Assembly: GCA_028534125.1 (NCBI GenBank)
Contig: CM052832.1
Span: 12,216,001-12,280,000 of the forward strand
Direction of reading: 5' to 3'
Origin: Lama glama
Lineage: Eukaryota
Length of the DNA stretch: 64,000 nt
A model generated the notes under the pieces. It was not told the origin of the DNA, made no database searches, and saw only the letters and a program-made list of their open reading frames with translations. The translations under genes were made by a program, and so were the position numbers. Positions 52,911 to 64,000 of the stretch are shown in pieces. The first letter of the stretch is position 1. Every line of letters starts with the position of its first letter.

Positions 52911-53629
52911 TCAGTAACAGTTGGCTGATCAGCATGTGACTAAATGATCACGAATCCCAGTGGCTCCTGACAAGCTGTTTCCCTGCCACCTCAGGGCCGC
53001 AGTCAGGTTAGACAAACTTGGCACCGTTTTCCCTAAGCCTGGCACATAGAGGACCCTCAGTCAATAGCTGCTGAATGGAGGGACGTACTGGGTGACTGGC
53101 ACAAGCCCAGAGTTCCCCATAAGCCAGGGCAGTGAGACAGACACAAAGTCCAGTAAAGCATCATGCTGGACAAAAGAATTGACTCCTGATGCCAGATGAG
53201 TCGCTGAGGCTGAACCAAGGCTTCCATGTAGCCTGGCCTCGGAGATCTGGGCAAGTGAGGGGATCACAGGATGTGCTGGGCTGGGAGCCAGCGGGAAGGG
53301 CATGCAGGGCCCAGTTTCAAGGCTGGTACAAGGCAGGAGCTCCCAGCTCGCCTGGTCATGGAAGATGCTCTTCTCTTCATGTGCCCAGTCCATGGTGTCA
53401 CTAGATATGATTACAGACATGAATGTTCCCATGCTGGGAGCACACCTAAGCTGAAGCATATATAGGCGGACTTGGCTCGCTCTCGGGGTACGTACTTTAC
53501 AGTGTTGCTGGTTGGGGGTACGTCCATGTCCACTTCCTCCATCAGGGTGTGAAAGTGCCCGTGTCCTCTGACTTGTCCAACATAGTGTGTGGTCAGACTT
53601 GCAGATTTTGAGACAAACATGCTCATCTC

Positions 53630-55200
53630 TTACAGACCTTTCTTTTAGTCTTTATCTTCATGTTTCTAAACTATGTGCTTATGCAGCTATTTCTTAATTC
53701 TGTTACCAGAATTATCTATTGTCTTCCTACTTTGAAAGATAAGGATTTAGCTTCCTTACCCTTCCCCCTCATAAATAGACTTATGTTCCTCCTCTAACCA
53801 TCCTCCCAGTCTTATTAGACCACGGTCTGTCTTTGTATCAATTATCTCATTGACATTTAGCATGACTGGAACCTATTGTTCAGAGCTGAGCCACGTAGTG
53901 TGCTGTGATTACCTTTCTTTTTTCTATCACTTGTTTTTGCTGGAGTTAAAAGTTACTTAGTTTTTATATATCTGTCATTCATTGTCTGTATACTTACACT
54001 GAATCTTCTCCCTAACTTTTATCAGAGCCACCCAAATTCCCTCAACCTGGTCTAACAAACACATCTGGTAAATCATAGATTACGCTGGTTTCTTTTCCCC
54101 TTGAGACACTCCCTTGGAGGCACCACACACCCCACCCCTTCCCTGGTTGCTCTCTAGGCCTGTCTCACCAGCTCTCGTCCTGGAATCTCCCTTCCCATTG
54201 TCCTAGGAATCCCCCTCATCTCTGATCCAAGTCAGATTCTGTTTTCTGGATCTCATAATTTTATTTGCCTTAGTTTAATCTTTTGGTGGAGCACATTATC
54301 TGGTAGTTTATCATGAATACACAGAAGGTAAATTTTGGGGGGGATTTATGCCTACATGAAAGTTCTTTATTCTGTCTTTATACTTGGCTGGTAGTTTGGC
54401 TAGGAATAGTCCTCTGGTTGGAAACTAACTTTTCCCTCAGTGTTTCAAAGGAACAGTTCCATTATCTCTTAACTTCCAAGGCTGTTTTTGAAAAATCTCA
54501 CAATTCTAGTTTCCACATCTTTGTATTGACCTCTTTTTCCCCCTCCAAAACGTTTATATCTGTTAACGTTTCTCAATAATATGCTTTGTTTTCTCATTTA
54601 TTGTAGTGGCCACCCAGTGGCCTCTAACTTAGAAACTCTAAGTCCTTCACATCTCAGAAATTTCCTTGTGTTGCTCTGACAATTTTGTAGCTCTTTTTTT
54701 TTTTTTAATACCTGCTAATGGGACAGTGGACCCCTTGGTTTGATCGTCTCATTCTCTTATCCTTTTTCTTCTGTTTTCTATCTTTATCATTTTGTTTGAC
54801 TTTCTAGGGAATTTCCTCAACTTAAGCTTCTGTTTTGTTGAATTACTTATTTCAATTCATAGTTTCAATTTACAGGAGTGTTTTCTTATTCTCCAAATAC
54901 TTCTTTTCACATTATTTGATTCTTATTTCAAAGGTGTGATAATGTTTTCTTTTACCTTTCTGATGATAAGTATTTTTCTGAAGTTTAATTCTGTGTACTG
55001 AACTCTGTCTATACCCTCTGAGTTATTTTCTTTACTATTTACTTTTGGTCTCTATGTTTCATGTTGGAGTCTTTGGTGATCCCTGACTGGCTGTTTACCT
55101 TTAAGCATTAGGCACTGAGAAAGGAGGCTAAAAGCTTTGTGTGTGGGCGGGTTCATGGATTTCATTCAAGGTCATCAGACAGGGACTAGGCATTTGGTTA
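53630..55200 (-). mobile_element. Ancient L1/HAL1-like remnant
   Basis: T-rich tract containing tttggtggagcacat...gtagtttggctaggaatag...tggaaactaacttttccctcagtgtttcaaagg (ORF1-type, reverse strand). Confidence 0.6.
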
Positions 55201-57094
55201 GGAGACCTCTGCCCACTCATCCAAATCCAGCACACTGGCCGCCTCTGTTCCTTCTCACAGAAGTGCTCTTCAGGTCTGCATAACCACTGCCTCCATCACG
55301 TGGTCTTAGCTCAGTCGTCCCTGTACCAGAGAACTTCCTTAATGTGTTATCTAAGGCAGTGGGCCCCTGTCTGTCTACTTACACTGCTTTACTTTTCCCC
55401 ATGACCCTTCTTTAACTCTGACATAATTGTTTGTCTCTCTCTGCCTCCAGAATGTAAGCTTCTTGAAGGCAGAGTCTAAAACAGGGCCTTCTTCATTAAG
55501 CACTTGATACATAATTACAGAAGGAAGCACAGAGGGACAGAGAGGAGCTAGATCAGTGTCTCTAGGTCTGCAGAGGGACCCCCCAGGCTCCAGGCTCCTA
55601 CCTGGGGGTTAAGCCTCGCTCATGGTGGCCTGAGAGCCGGGGGGGAAGGGGGCTGGAAGTCTCACCGTCTGATACTCCTTTCCTGTGCTTCCTCCCGCTC
55701 GGCCCCTGCAGGGTCCCACCTCTGGTGCCTCCGCAGTCCAGACCCTCTGTGGTCAAGGACTCCAGGGTGAAGTCCCTGTCTCCTGCTGAAGCAGAAAAGG
55801 CCCCCCCCCCCGCTGTGCAGGAAGGAGGAGGGTGGGGTTGGGGAGTCTACCTGCTCCTTTTACCTGCTTTCAGCCAGCCCTGCCTACCCTGCCTTCAGAG
55901 GTGGCTGGTGACTCAAGGAAGCCTTCCTAGAGTCAGTTTGCACTATGAATCCACTTGCTTTCCGTGCGTTTCTCTCTGAAGTGTTGGCACAGAGAGATGG
56001 TGACATCTCCTCATGCTTTCTTTGTGCGTGTGTGTGTGTGTGTGTATTATAATACACATATTTGATATGAAACATATATTAGATTTCCTTACTGCCTTTT
56101 TAGTGGAGGGATTACCCCATGTGTTCATTTTGCCATGTTTAACTGCCAGTCTGGCCATGGCCAAATACTCGTGGCCATCTCCCCAGTGTTCACCAAGTCT
56201 GCTGCAGAAAAATCCTGACATTTGCTTTCTTTTTATAGCATAGGCGGCAAAGTCACGTAATTTTCCAGAACTGAAAAGACCAGGTACCCTTAGCATAGGA
56301 TCTGCAGGATCCCCAGAGAAGGCAGGGCAAGGCTCAGGATGGAAAGTCGTTCCCAGCCAAGCCCTTAGGGCCAGTGTGATACTCTCATCACCAGAGCCAC
56401 TCACGCAAACCCTGCACTTACAGATGGCGACTGCACCCTCCCCACTGGCAACTCTCCGGTCCTCTGCTTGCTTCCCACAAAGACGCAGTGTCCAGAGACC
56501 CCGACACCACATGGCAGACCCCCACCCCCACAGAGGGACTGCCTCCGCCTTTCCCCTAATTTCTGTGTTTGCTGTTTATAGTTGGCCCACCTCTGGCTAA
56601 TTCTCTCTCACATAAACACAGACACCATTTTAATCCCTTTCTTCTCTTTCTTTTTATTTACTTAAAGAACTGTTTAAAATGTAAAAGAAGAATAAAATAT
56701 AACATTCACTCACATGCTCATCCCCAGAATTGACTGTAGTTAATTTTTTCACGGCATTTTTAAGTCTTTTTTATTTAAATCAAAGAAATAAAACATTCCG
56801 GTTGGCGTTGAAGTATCAGCAAACCCCCACACTTCTCCCTCTCCTCAGAAACAGCCAACTTCATGAGTTCAGCGTATCTCCTTCCAGGATATTTAATAAG
56901 TATTTCACAAGCATGTATATGTTCACGAGTCATGTGTGCACAGGGGTGTGTGTGTACGTGTCTTAGGCCTCTCTGTACTGATCTGTGTGGACAGAGGGAG
57001 CACCTGCCGGGCCTCTTCTCTTCCCCCGTTTTCCATGTGTGTGAATGTAAAGATATAAGTAGCCAACACTTCTGTGCTGTTACCACGCGCTAAG

Positions 57095-57225
57095 CCCTTT
57101 CTGTTTTCTCATTGCATCCTCACAGCCCCAAACGGTAAGTGCTGGACTATGACCATCCCCTTTCACATGGGAACCTGAGACTTCAGGGAACTATCATTTT
57201 CCTGAGCTCAGCTTGTGATCCACTC
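57095..57225 (-). mobile_element. MIR fragment (hosts the candidate microexon)
   Basis: tctcattgcatcctcacag...ggtaagtgct...ccatcccctttcacatgggaacctgagac resembles the MIR reverse consensus (ctcatttaatcctcacaac...aggtag...atccccattttacagatgaggaaactgaggc). Confidence 0.65.
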
Positions 57226-58379
57226 CTGGGTGTGCTCTCCGGCCCAGAGTCATGACACCAGCTCATAAGTGAGGTGCGAGGTGTTGGAGTGCTAGGGGCC
57301 CAGGTGACAGTGAAAGGTCAGTGCCCTAGCCTCTCAGCTGTTGGGAAGTTTCTTGTGCCCTTTGGAGGAAGGAGCACAGACTAACACTAAGTACATCTGG
57401 CTTCTGTTGTCAACTCTACACCTGGTGGCTCGGATGTTGTTAGATTACTTGTCTTTCTGCCTCAACGTCCTCGCCTCTGAAATAGGATTCCAGTTGGCTA
57501 CCTACCTACCTCACAAATTGTGTTGGGAACTGAATGAGCTGGACCGTGCGTGATTGTGAAGCAGTTTGTAAAGCACACGGTGGCCTGTAGGTGGAAGAGA
57601 CTCTTAGGAGGACGGTTCTTGGCCCCTTTGTTCACTCTCCTTATTAACACACCACCGACCATATTCCAGCTATAGCCCCGGGATTTTACATGTATTAACG
57701 GTACTTAATCCTCATTCCTCAAGCAGCAGCTTTTAGAGAGATTGTTTTAAATCACTTGTTTTTTTCTGGCTTGTTTAATTACTGCTATGGCAACAACATC
57801 ATTTTTCCCTTCCTTTTTTAAATTTCATATACATGGTATTTCAGCCTCATTATGGGTTAAATTGGGTTTTATGGATGGGCCTGGGAACCCAATCAAAATT
57901 TATGGCTTTATTTCTCTGGAAAAATTGCTTCCAGGTTTCAAACAGCCAATTACCAGAGAAGTTTTGGAACACCACCAGTTTGTGAGTTAGGACCACAGTG
58001 CTGTTTGCATTGTCTCTGATTAGTTCCCGGAATGATAGCTGATCTCCCCAGAGAGATCATCAACTTCTTAAGGGCAAGCACTTCCCCATACAGGGATCAC
58101 CCGTAACGCCCAGCAGGTACCAAGCTCAAGAGTGTATTCAACAAATACTTAGTTAATTCCTTCAAAACCCCAGCTACCTTGTCTGCCTCCAAGAAATGGT
58201 GCTGATGGGAGTGTGGTAGGTCTCCCTGGGAACCTCTGCAGAAGTCACCAAATCATATACCATCAAACTCAGTGACTCGCAGGTGGGGCCCGGGGAAGCA
58301 GTGTGTCTCATCCAGGGTCATGTGGCTGACTGGTAATTACAGTTGTAGTAACGGTAGCAGCTGGCTGTCTTAGAAGCTA

Positions 58380-58590
58380 GTATGTGCCAGCACTGTTCAG
58401 GTGTTTTACGTTTGTTAGTGTACTTAATCTTCATACACACAAATTTTAGATAGTTATATTTATTATCCTCTGTTTATAGAGAAGAGACTGAAGCCTAGAA
58501 AGGTTAAGCAGCTTGCCTAAGGTCACGGAGCTGGTAAAAATCCAAACCCAGGCCTGGTTCTAGAGCTGTGCTGTCGACCACTGTGCCGCC
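58380..58590 (-). mobile_element. MIR SINE
   Basis: tatgtgccagcactgtt...ttaatcttca...tattatcctctgtttatagagaagagactgaagcctagaaaggttaagcagcttgcctaaggtcac...aaacccagg. Confidence 0.85.
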
Positions 58591-58634
58591 CTCTCTCTGG
58601 TTCACGAAAGGCTACGGTTAACACCTGCTGTCTG

Positions 58635-58960
58635 AAATGGACTTATTTACAAAACAGAAACAGACTCACAGACATAGAAAACAAAATTGTGGTTGCGGAG
58701 GGATAAATTGGGAGTTTGGGATTTGTAGATACTAACTACTACATAAAGAATAGATAAACATAAAGTTCCTACTGTATAGCACAGGGAACTCTATTCAATA
58801 CCTAGTAATAGCCTATAATGGATAAGAATATGAAAAGAATATATTCATATGTATAACTGAATCACTATGCTGTACACCAGAAATTAACACATTGTAAACT
58901 GACTATACTTTAATAAAAAAAATTGTTGAAATCCCCCTAAAATTAAAAAAAAAAAAAAAA
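58635..58960 (+). mobile_element. Cetartiodactyl-type L1 3' end with a double poly(A) tail
   Basis: acttatttacaaaacagaaacagactcacagacatagaaaacaaa...gggataaattgggagtttgggatt...ctactgtatagcacagggaact...gactatactttaataaaaaaaa, then a 22-nt spacer and A16. Confidence 0.88.
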
Positions 58961-61299
58961 CGCTGCGATCTGACTGCCACCCAGTAAGCCTCTCAACTGG
59001 GGATGTTTTACGTGACGATACACCACTGGCATCTTCACTCGCCTCATGCCATGTGATCTGTATTAAAGCCTCGGGCAGTAGGCAAGATACAGGTACTTTT
59101 TTCTAATGTTTACGGCTATATTCTACGAAATTCAAACAATACAGAAAAGTGCAAAAATACAGTTAATATCTCTTGAAATCCCTCCATCCAAAGCTAAACT
59201 CATGATCAGCACGTCGGCAAATGTTCTTATAGACATCTCTCTGAATACACATGTGTACAGATACAATCTGACATAATTGGGACCGCATTCTAGATGCATT
59301 TCTGTAACTAAGGAAGTCCAGTGCATTTCTTTCAGCACTGGACATCCGAGGAAACTGCAGCTCAGGGGAGGGGTGTGATTTGTCCACAGGAGAGCCGGCC
59401 AGTAGTGCCAGGGTTGGGACTTCAATCCCATGTGGGCTTTTCTGTGTTTGGGGCAAGTGCTCAGAGCAAAGGCCACACATTTTTTGACACCCCAACGTTG
59501 TTCTTGCTCAGACACATCCTCCTGGCAGAGTCCTGGCTCTGAACCGTGTGCGCCATGCCCCTGTTGCTCTGTTGTCTTCCGGGGGGTGTCGCCTGCTAAA
59601 GAAGAGATTCAGAGCCCTTGGCGAGTAGGAATGTTGAGACAGCTGTCAGTAAGCTCAATCAAAGTGGCAGTTGAGCTTTTGTGTAGAGTAAGTGATGGTG
59701 CCGCTTTCCTGGCCTTGTGGAGTATCGGCTGGGGCAGCCTCCTCGGGTTGCCCCGTGATTACGTGACATGTGGCTCCAACGTGACAGTGATTATCCTGAT
59801 TCCACCTTATCATTTTCCCACTGGGCAGCATTGAAAGTTGTTTTGCAGAAGTTCAGGGGGAATGGAGCCTGGTACTTGGTGAAGAGAGATGCTCATTACC
59901 TCATCCTAACCAGCTTCCCTTCCTACTCATACTCTGGTCTTAGGGTTGATATCCAGTTTGCTGAAAATGAAATCATCTATTCAACTCTCAGGCTGTGTTA
60001 GGGAAAATGAACTCTAATGTGATTATATATTAATGCAGTGTAATAGAGGACTGGTATTAAATTGAGGCCTTCTGATCTTATTACTCCACAGATGCTCCCT
60101 CCTGCTTCGGCTGCTGCCCTGGCAGCCTTGCTTCCTCAAGCACAAGCAGGGGCGCTGGTGCCACAGCCTGAGCCCACCGCCGGAGGAGGCCAGGGTGGGG
60201 AGATGGGCTGAGGGGGAGGTGGTGAGAAAAGGGAGACCCAGGTTCCAGGTCCAAGCTCTGCCTGGCGAGCCCTCACCCCTTCCTGGCCCCGGTGTCCACT
60301 CCACACTGCAGAGGGAGGAGGGTCGTCCACACAACGCATGGTTCCAGGCCTGTCTGCAACCTCGAGCCCTAAGCTTGCTGTCGAGGACCACGAGCACTCG
60401 TCGATGTTTTTTGATAAGCATAGGACTAGAGAGCTAAGAAGGAAAAATCTTTACTCTGCCGCCTCCACTCCCACCCCCACCCCCCGGATCCTTTTTGTGA
60501 AACTGGCTTGAACCTAATTGTCGTCACCGGCTGTGGTCACTTGCCCTCGTTCTATTCTCCTTTCCTAGAGGGGTGGTCTGAGAAGCAGGGTGGACAGCTT
60601 GGGTGTGTGCTGTTGCTTCCAGTAGGAGCGGGAATGGGACTCTGATCCCCATGCAGTGTGGACCCCTAGCTTCCTCTGACCTCCTGCGGAAAGGATGCGA
60701 GTCTGCGGACAGTCACACTGTTTAGCTCAGCAGTGACCCAGAGGTCTGTGGGAGCTGAGGCCCCACAGGGCCATCCTCATAGCCTCACCCTGGCCCACAG
60801 GCTGCATCCCACCCAGCAGATTTTCCAAGAGAGCTGCCTGGACCTGGAGATGGTCAGAGCAAAACAGTCCCCCACTAAGAAAATGAGCCAGGAGTGCAGG
60901 CCCTGGAGATGCTCAGATGGCATCAACTGCATGTGTGAATAATAGCCTTTTAACAAAGAGTGATTTTTCTTACACTGTTTCCAGAAAACTGCATCCAGAG
61001 GCACAGACTTTGCACACAGGATGGTAATCACTTTTTAATGACCTGAAGGGGCCTGGTGTCCAGGCAGCAGTCAGTCAGTCTCAGTGGGAGTCTGGGAGTG
61101 AGAGAGAGGATGGAACACCTGAAAGCAAAGAGGGACAAACAAAGCACAAATATGTGTATTTTCTTCGCAGCATTGCTGGGTAGTTAGACAATTACAGGAA
61201 ACAGCTTCCCGGCAGCTGGCATTTCCACTGTGCGAGCAGAGGAGGGTGGAAACAACTGTGAGGTCCTCAGTGTGTCGTGAAAGTAGGACGTTCACTGTT

Positions 61300-61900
61300 G
61301 TGGGTGCCGCGCTTCCCGAGCCTCTGAGGAGCCGGGAGCAGGCCTCCTCTCAGGGCGCTTTGAGGCCCGAGCTGGCCCAGCGCCTGCTGATCCATGAGGA
61401 ATGGCTTTTAAAATACTGCAGCTGCTTTTGAACCCACCCACAGACTGGCCGGTCCAGAGAACAAACCGTTTGGGGTGCATTTGGGAACGGGAAAGAGGGG
61501 TGGCGGGAAGCCTGTGGAGAAACCGCCTCTTCTTCCCCAGACCGGGGAGCCTGGCGCTCACACGCGGCGAGGGGCCCCGCGCCCGCTTCTGCCCAGAAGC
61601 TTCCAGGGGAGTCGCGGAGCCCGCCTCGCCGGCCGTGCCCGCCGTCTGCCCTTCCTGCTTGTTCACCGCCAGCTTTATAAAAGTCCCAGGTGGCCCTCAC
61701 AGAGGGCAGGGCACCTTGTGTGGTGGGACTGCGGGGTCCGGGCGGGCGCTGCTGGCTCCCCTCCTCGCGGGAGGCGGCCGCGCCCCGGAACCCGGCTCCG
61801 TGCCCCGCTGTCCGCAGGCTTCACTGGACGGTGTCAACCGGCAATGCTGTGCTTCTCCTCACAGGTCCTGGCAGTCAGTAGCTTTTGAAAGACAGCCGGC
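61300..61900. promoter_or_regulatory. Intragenic CpG island just upstream of the 79-nt exon
   Basis: About 35 CpG in 61501-61860 (manual count) in very GC-rich sequence, against a CpG-depleted background. Contains TATAAAAG (61676-61683) and a GGGCGG box near 61740. Confidence 0.75.
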
Positions 61901-61943
61901 CTCCTTCATCCGGATCGTTGGGACACACAACACGGCAAATGAG
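61865..61943 (+). CDS. BTBD9: BTBD9 internal coding exon (79 nt)
   Basis: Acceptor gcttctcctcacag| and donor |gtaagg at 61944. Translates (K)SWQSVAFERQPASFIRIVGTHNTANE, continuing the frame (AA|G). The final coding exon lies beyond the window. Confidence 0.95.
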
Positions 61944-62850
61944 GTAAGGCCCTGTTCTGGACGGGCGTGTGATACCTGCTGATGTGCAGGTGAACGCCGC
62001 CCCCAGGTAAGGGGGGTGCTTGTTCTCCCGCGAAGGGCCTGCAGCCCACACAGCTACAGAAGGAAGTCCCGCGCCTGCAGGGTGGGGACGTCGATATCAT
62101 TTCTGGATGTCTCTTCGAGGAGAGTGGAAGCCAGCTCCTGTGGGTTTGCTTCCTCCTAGCAGCCTCTCTGTGGAGGTGGCGGCTGCAGAGACCTTGAGAG
62201 GTCAGGCGCCCTGTCCTCCGTCCTCTCCCCTCCCGAACGCCAGCCGTGTCAGTGGTCCCTGGGCCCTCTGAGCGTGGTGTGCAAGGAACCCAGCCCCACA
62301 GGGCGGCCCAGGTGCATGGCTGCGTTTTCTCTGTCCGTCTACCCAGTCCTGTGCCAGCCTGCACATGGCTGTTGATGAGCAAGCCTCTTTCTTCCAGGCC
62401 TGTTCTTCCCTCTGGGGCCTGGCCTGGATTCCCGGCAGGCAGCCTTTCCAGTGGACCATGCTATTGGTAGATGTTCCTTCACCTTTGAGTTTCACAGGGA
62501 AAGAATGGGTGGGTGGTTCTCCCCCATTTTGGGCGCCCATGGTCAGGGCACCAGGCAGGTGAGGTTCCTGGCCTCAAACATGCTGTTTTCTCCAGAGAAA
62601 TGTTCCTCAGGCATCGTTGAGCAAGCCCTGGTGGGGAGGAGTTGGTGTCTGCTGCTGGCCCCGTCTGCTCATCACTCTCTTGCTTTTGCACCATCACATG
62701 TGCTTGGCATGCACCTCTGAAGGACTGACCGCTGGTTAAAGACAGCAGTTGTAGAAACAGTAAGGTTGAAGCTCAAGAGGTGAATGAAAGGCATAAAAAT
62801 AGTAGCTATCCTGGAATTTCACCTTCACGTGAACTTTCTCAGATCTGTAT

Positions 62851-63405
62851 AGGATCAGTGTCCTGGGCATGTCATAGGGCCACTATGTTAGGTTCTGCAC
62901 CCAGAAGGGGGCTCTCTGCTTGGGATTTAATGCTACCCAGCATCCTCTTGAAATTCTTAGTCATTTTACCTTTGAATCTTCTTTTGTAAAGGGAGCCCCA
63001 GGGAACAGGGAAGCATCCACTAGGGGCTTCCCACCAGGGGCTGGGAACCTCGGTTCTCCTGCCGGCCAGTGTCTGCTCCTTCTCTCCTTCCCAGGATGGG
63101 TTCTCAACCACCTACCCCCTGAGCCCTGGTTCCTGGATCTGCCTGGCCTCCTGCTGCTCAGCTGCCCCGTGACCCCTGCCACCCTCCACTCCCAGTTGGG
63201 GCCTGGCACATTCGCAGGAGGATCAGGGTCTGGTGTGAGTCCCACGTGGAATCACAGGATAGGGCCCTGAGTGCCCGAGGGGTTCTGCCCTGATCTAAGG
63301 AGCTTCCTGAGGGAGTGTGGCATCAAAGAGCAAATGCAAACCCTGTGACAGGTCAGGAGAGAAAAGGGAAAGCTTTTTTTCTTGCTTTTTGAAGAAGAAA
63401 CATCC
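62851..63405 (+). mobile_element. MER45B/C-like hAT-Tip100 DNA transposon
   Basis: cagaagggggctctctgcttgggatttaatgct...cttgaaattctta...ttttacctttgaat...gatgggttctc...gagggagtgtggcatcaaagagcaaat...tgacaggtc...cttgctttttgaa. Confidence 0.72.
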
Positions 63406-64000
63406 CAAATCATAAAATAAGTAATGACCAGGATCATAATGCAAGCTCCATAAACTGAGTCATTCTCAGAGCAAACAGGGCTCACAGGAGTCGAATTTCT
63501 GGGCATCAGGAATGTAGCAGACCCTCAAAGAGAACATTGTTTATTCAGAATACTGGGCTCTGGGTGCCACACCCCCAGCTGAGAGAGCAGCAGGAATGTG
63601 TCTGAGGTGGTGTGAAGTCAGAGGTGAAGGGAAGGAGGGTGACAGAGGTTGGTCGGGCAGGACACCTGGGGGAGGCAGCCCTGGAGGAGACCCGCGATGG
63701 CACAGACAGCCAGAGAGAGCACCCCTGGGTCCGAGTCCCCTAGGAGCCAGAACCGCACAGTAAGAAAATAGGGGTCAGGGCATCTCTTCCTCACCGTGGA
63801 GGGGAGGCAGGATTTCTTCAGTCTGTGTCTGCTTGTTTGCCAGGTGACATCAGTGTCCTGCATTTAGTCAGAGCCAGGACCTGTTTACTGTTAGATACCC
63901 ACCCAAGGACTGCAGATTTCAAGAGGCATAGATGGAATTGGTTTTTAGCACGAAAAGGTAGGATGGCCTATGCGGGTAGCAGCAAGAGAAGTGTGGGTGA

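Larger units (their letters stand above)
25201..61864 (+). other. BTBD9: BTBD9 intron (GT-AG, phase 2), 36,664 nt including a 500-N gap
   Basis: Bounded by gtaagt at 25201 and cacag at 61864, between two in-frame exons. Confidence 0.9.

Noticed and set aside
53400..53630. 71-aa minus-strand ORF as a processed pseudogene
   Set aside because: The sequence resembles a degraded L1 ORF2 3' region; no recognisable parent protein, poly(A) or TSD.
55943..56512. 189-aa minus-strand ORF
   Set aside because: No recognisable domain, runs through a (CA)n microsatellite (HTHTH), and has no supporting gene structure.
61401..61864. 193-aa ORF 61401..61982 and overlapping ORFs as a separate gene or long exon
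   Set aside because: Only 61865-61943 is BTBD9-like. The rest is low-complexity Pro/Ala/Gly/Arg sequence expected from stop-poor GC-rich DNA.
63017..63045. Two CTCF-like motifs (ccactaggggc, ccaccaggggc)
   Set aside because: Each is one base short of the CCASYAGRKGGC core, and both lie inside a MER45-like repeat.
1..64000. CRISPR arrays, operons, tRNA/rRNA genes or a novel multi-gene system
   Set aside because: The window is mammalian intron/exon DNA; I found no repeat-spacer array, structural RNA gene or second protein-coding gene.

Overview
Mammalian genomic DNA from inside the BTBD9 gene (+ strand). Three short coding exons (256-445, 25093-25200, 61865-61943) splice in frame into the C-terminal F5/8-type-C (discoidin-like) region of BTBD9; neither the start nor the stop codon is in the window. 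The rest is intron (two complete GT-AG introns of 24,647 and 36,664 nt including N gaps) holding LINE-1, L2, CR1/L3, MIR, MaLR-LTR and hAT remnants, microsatellites and two assembly gaps (11494-11593, 38469-38968). The L1 3' ends and the absence of recognisable Alu, B1/B2, Bov-tA/A2, PRE-1 or Can-SINE suggest a cetartiodactyl, possibly a camelid (inference). Almost all other ORFs in the track look like noise. I see no clear new multi-gene system. The best leads are a candidate 9-nt MIR-derived microexon, a candidate poison exon, an intragenic CpG island with a TATA box, PBX/MEIS/HOX motif clusters, retrotransposition scars with readable target-site duplications (TSDs) and a nested inverted repeat. 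Repeat families were recognised by eye, and their boundaries are approximate.
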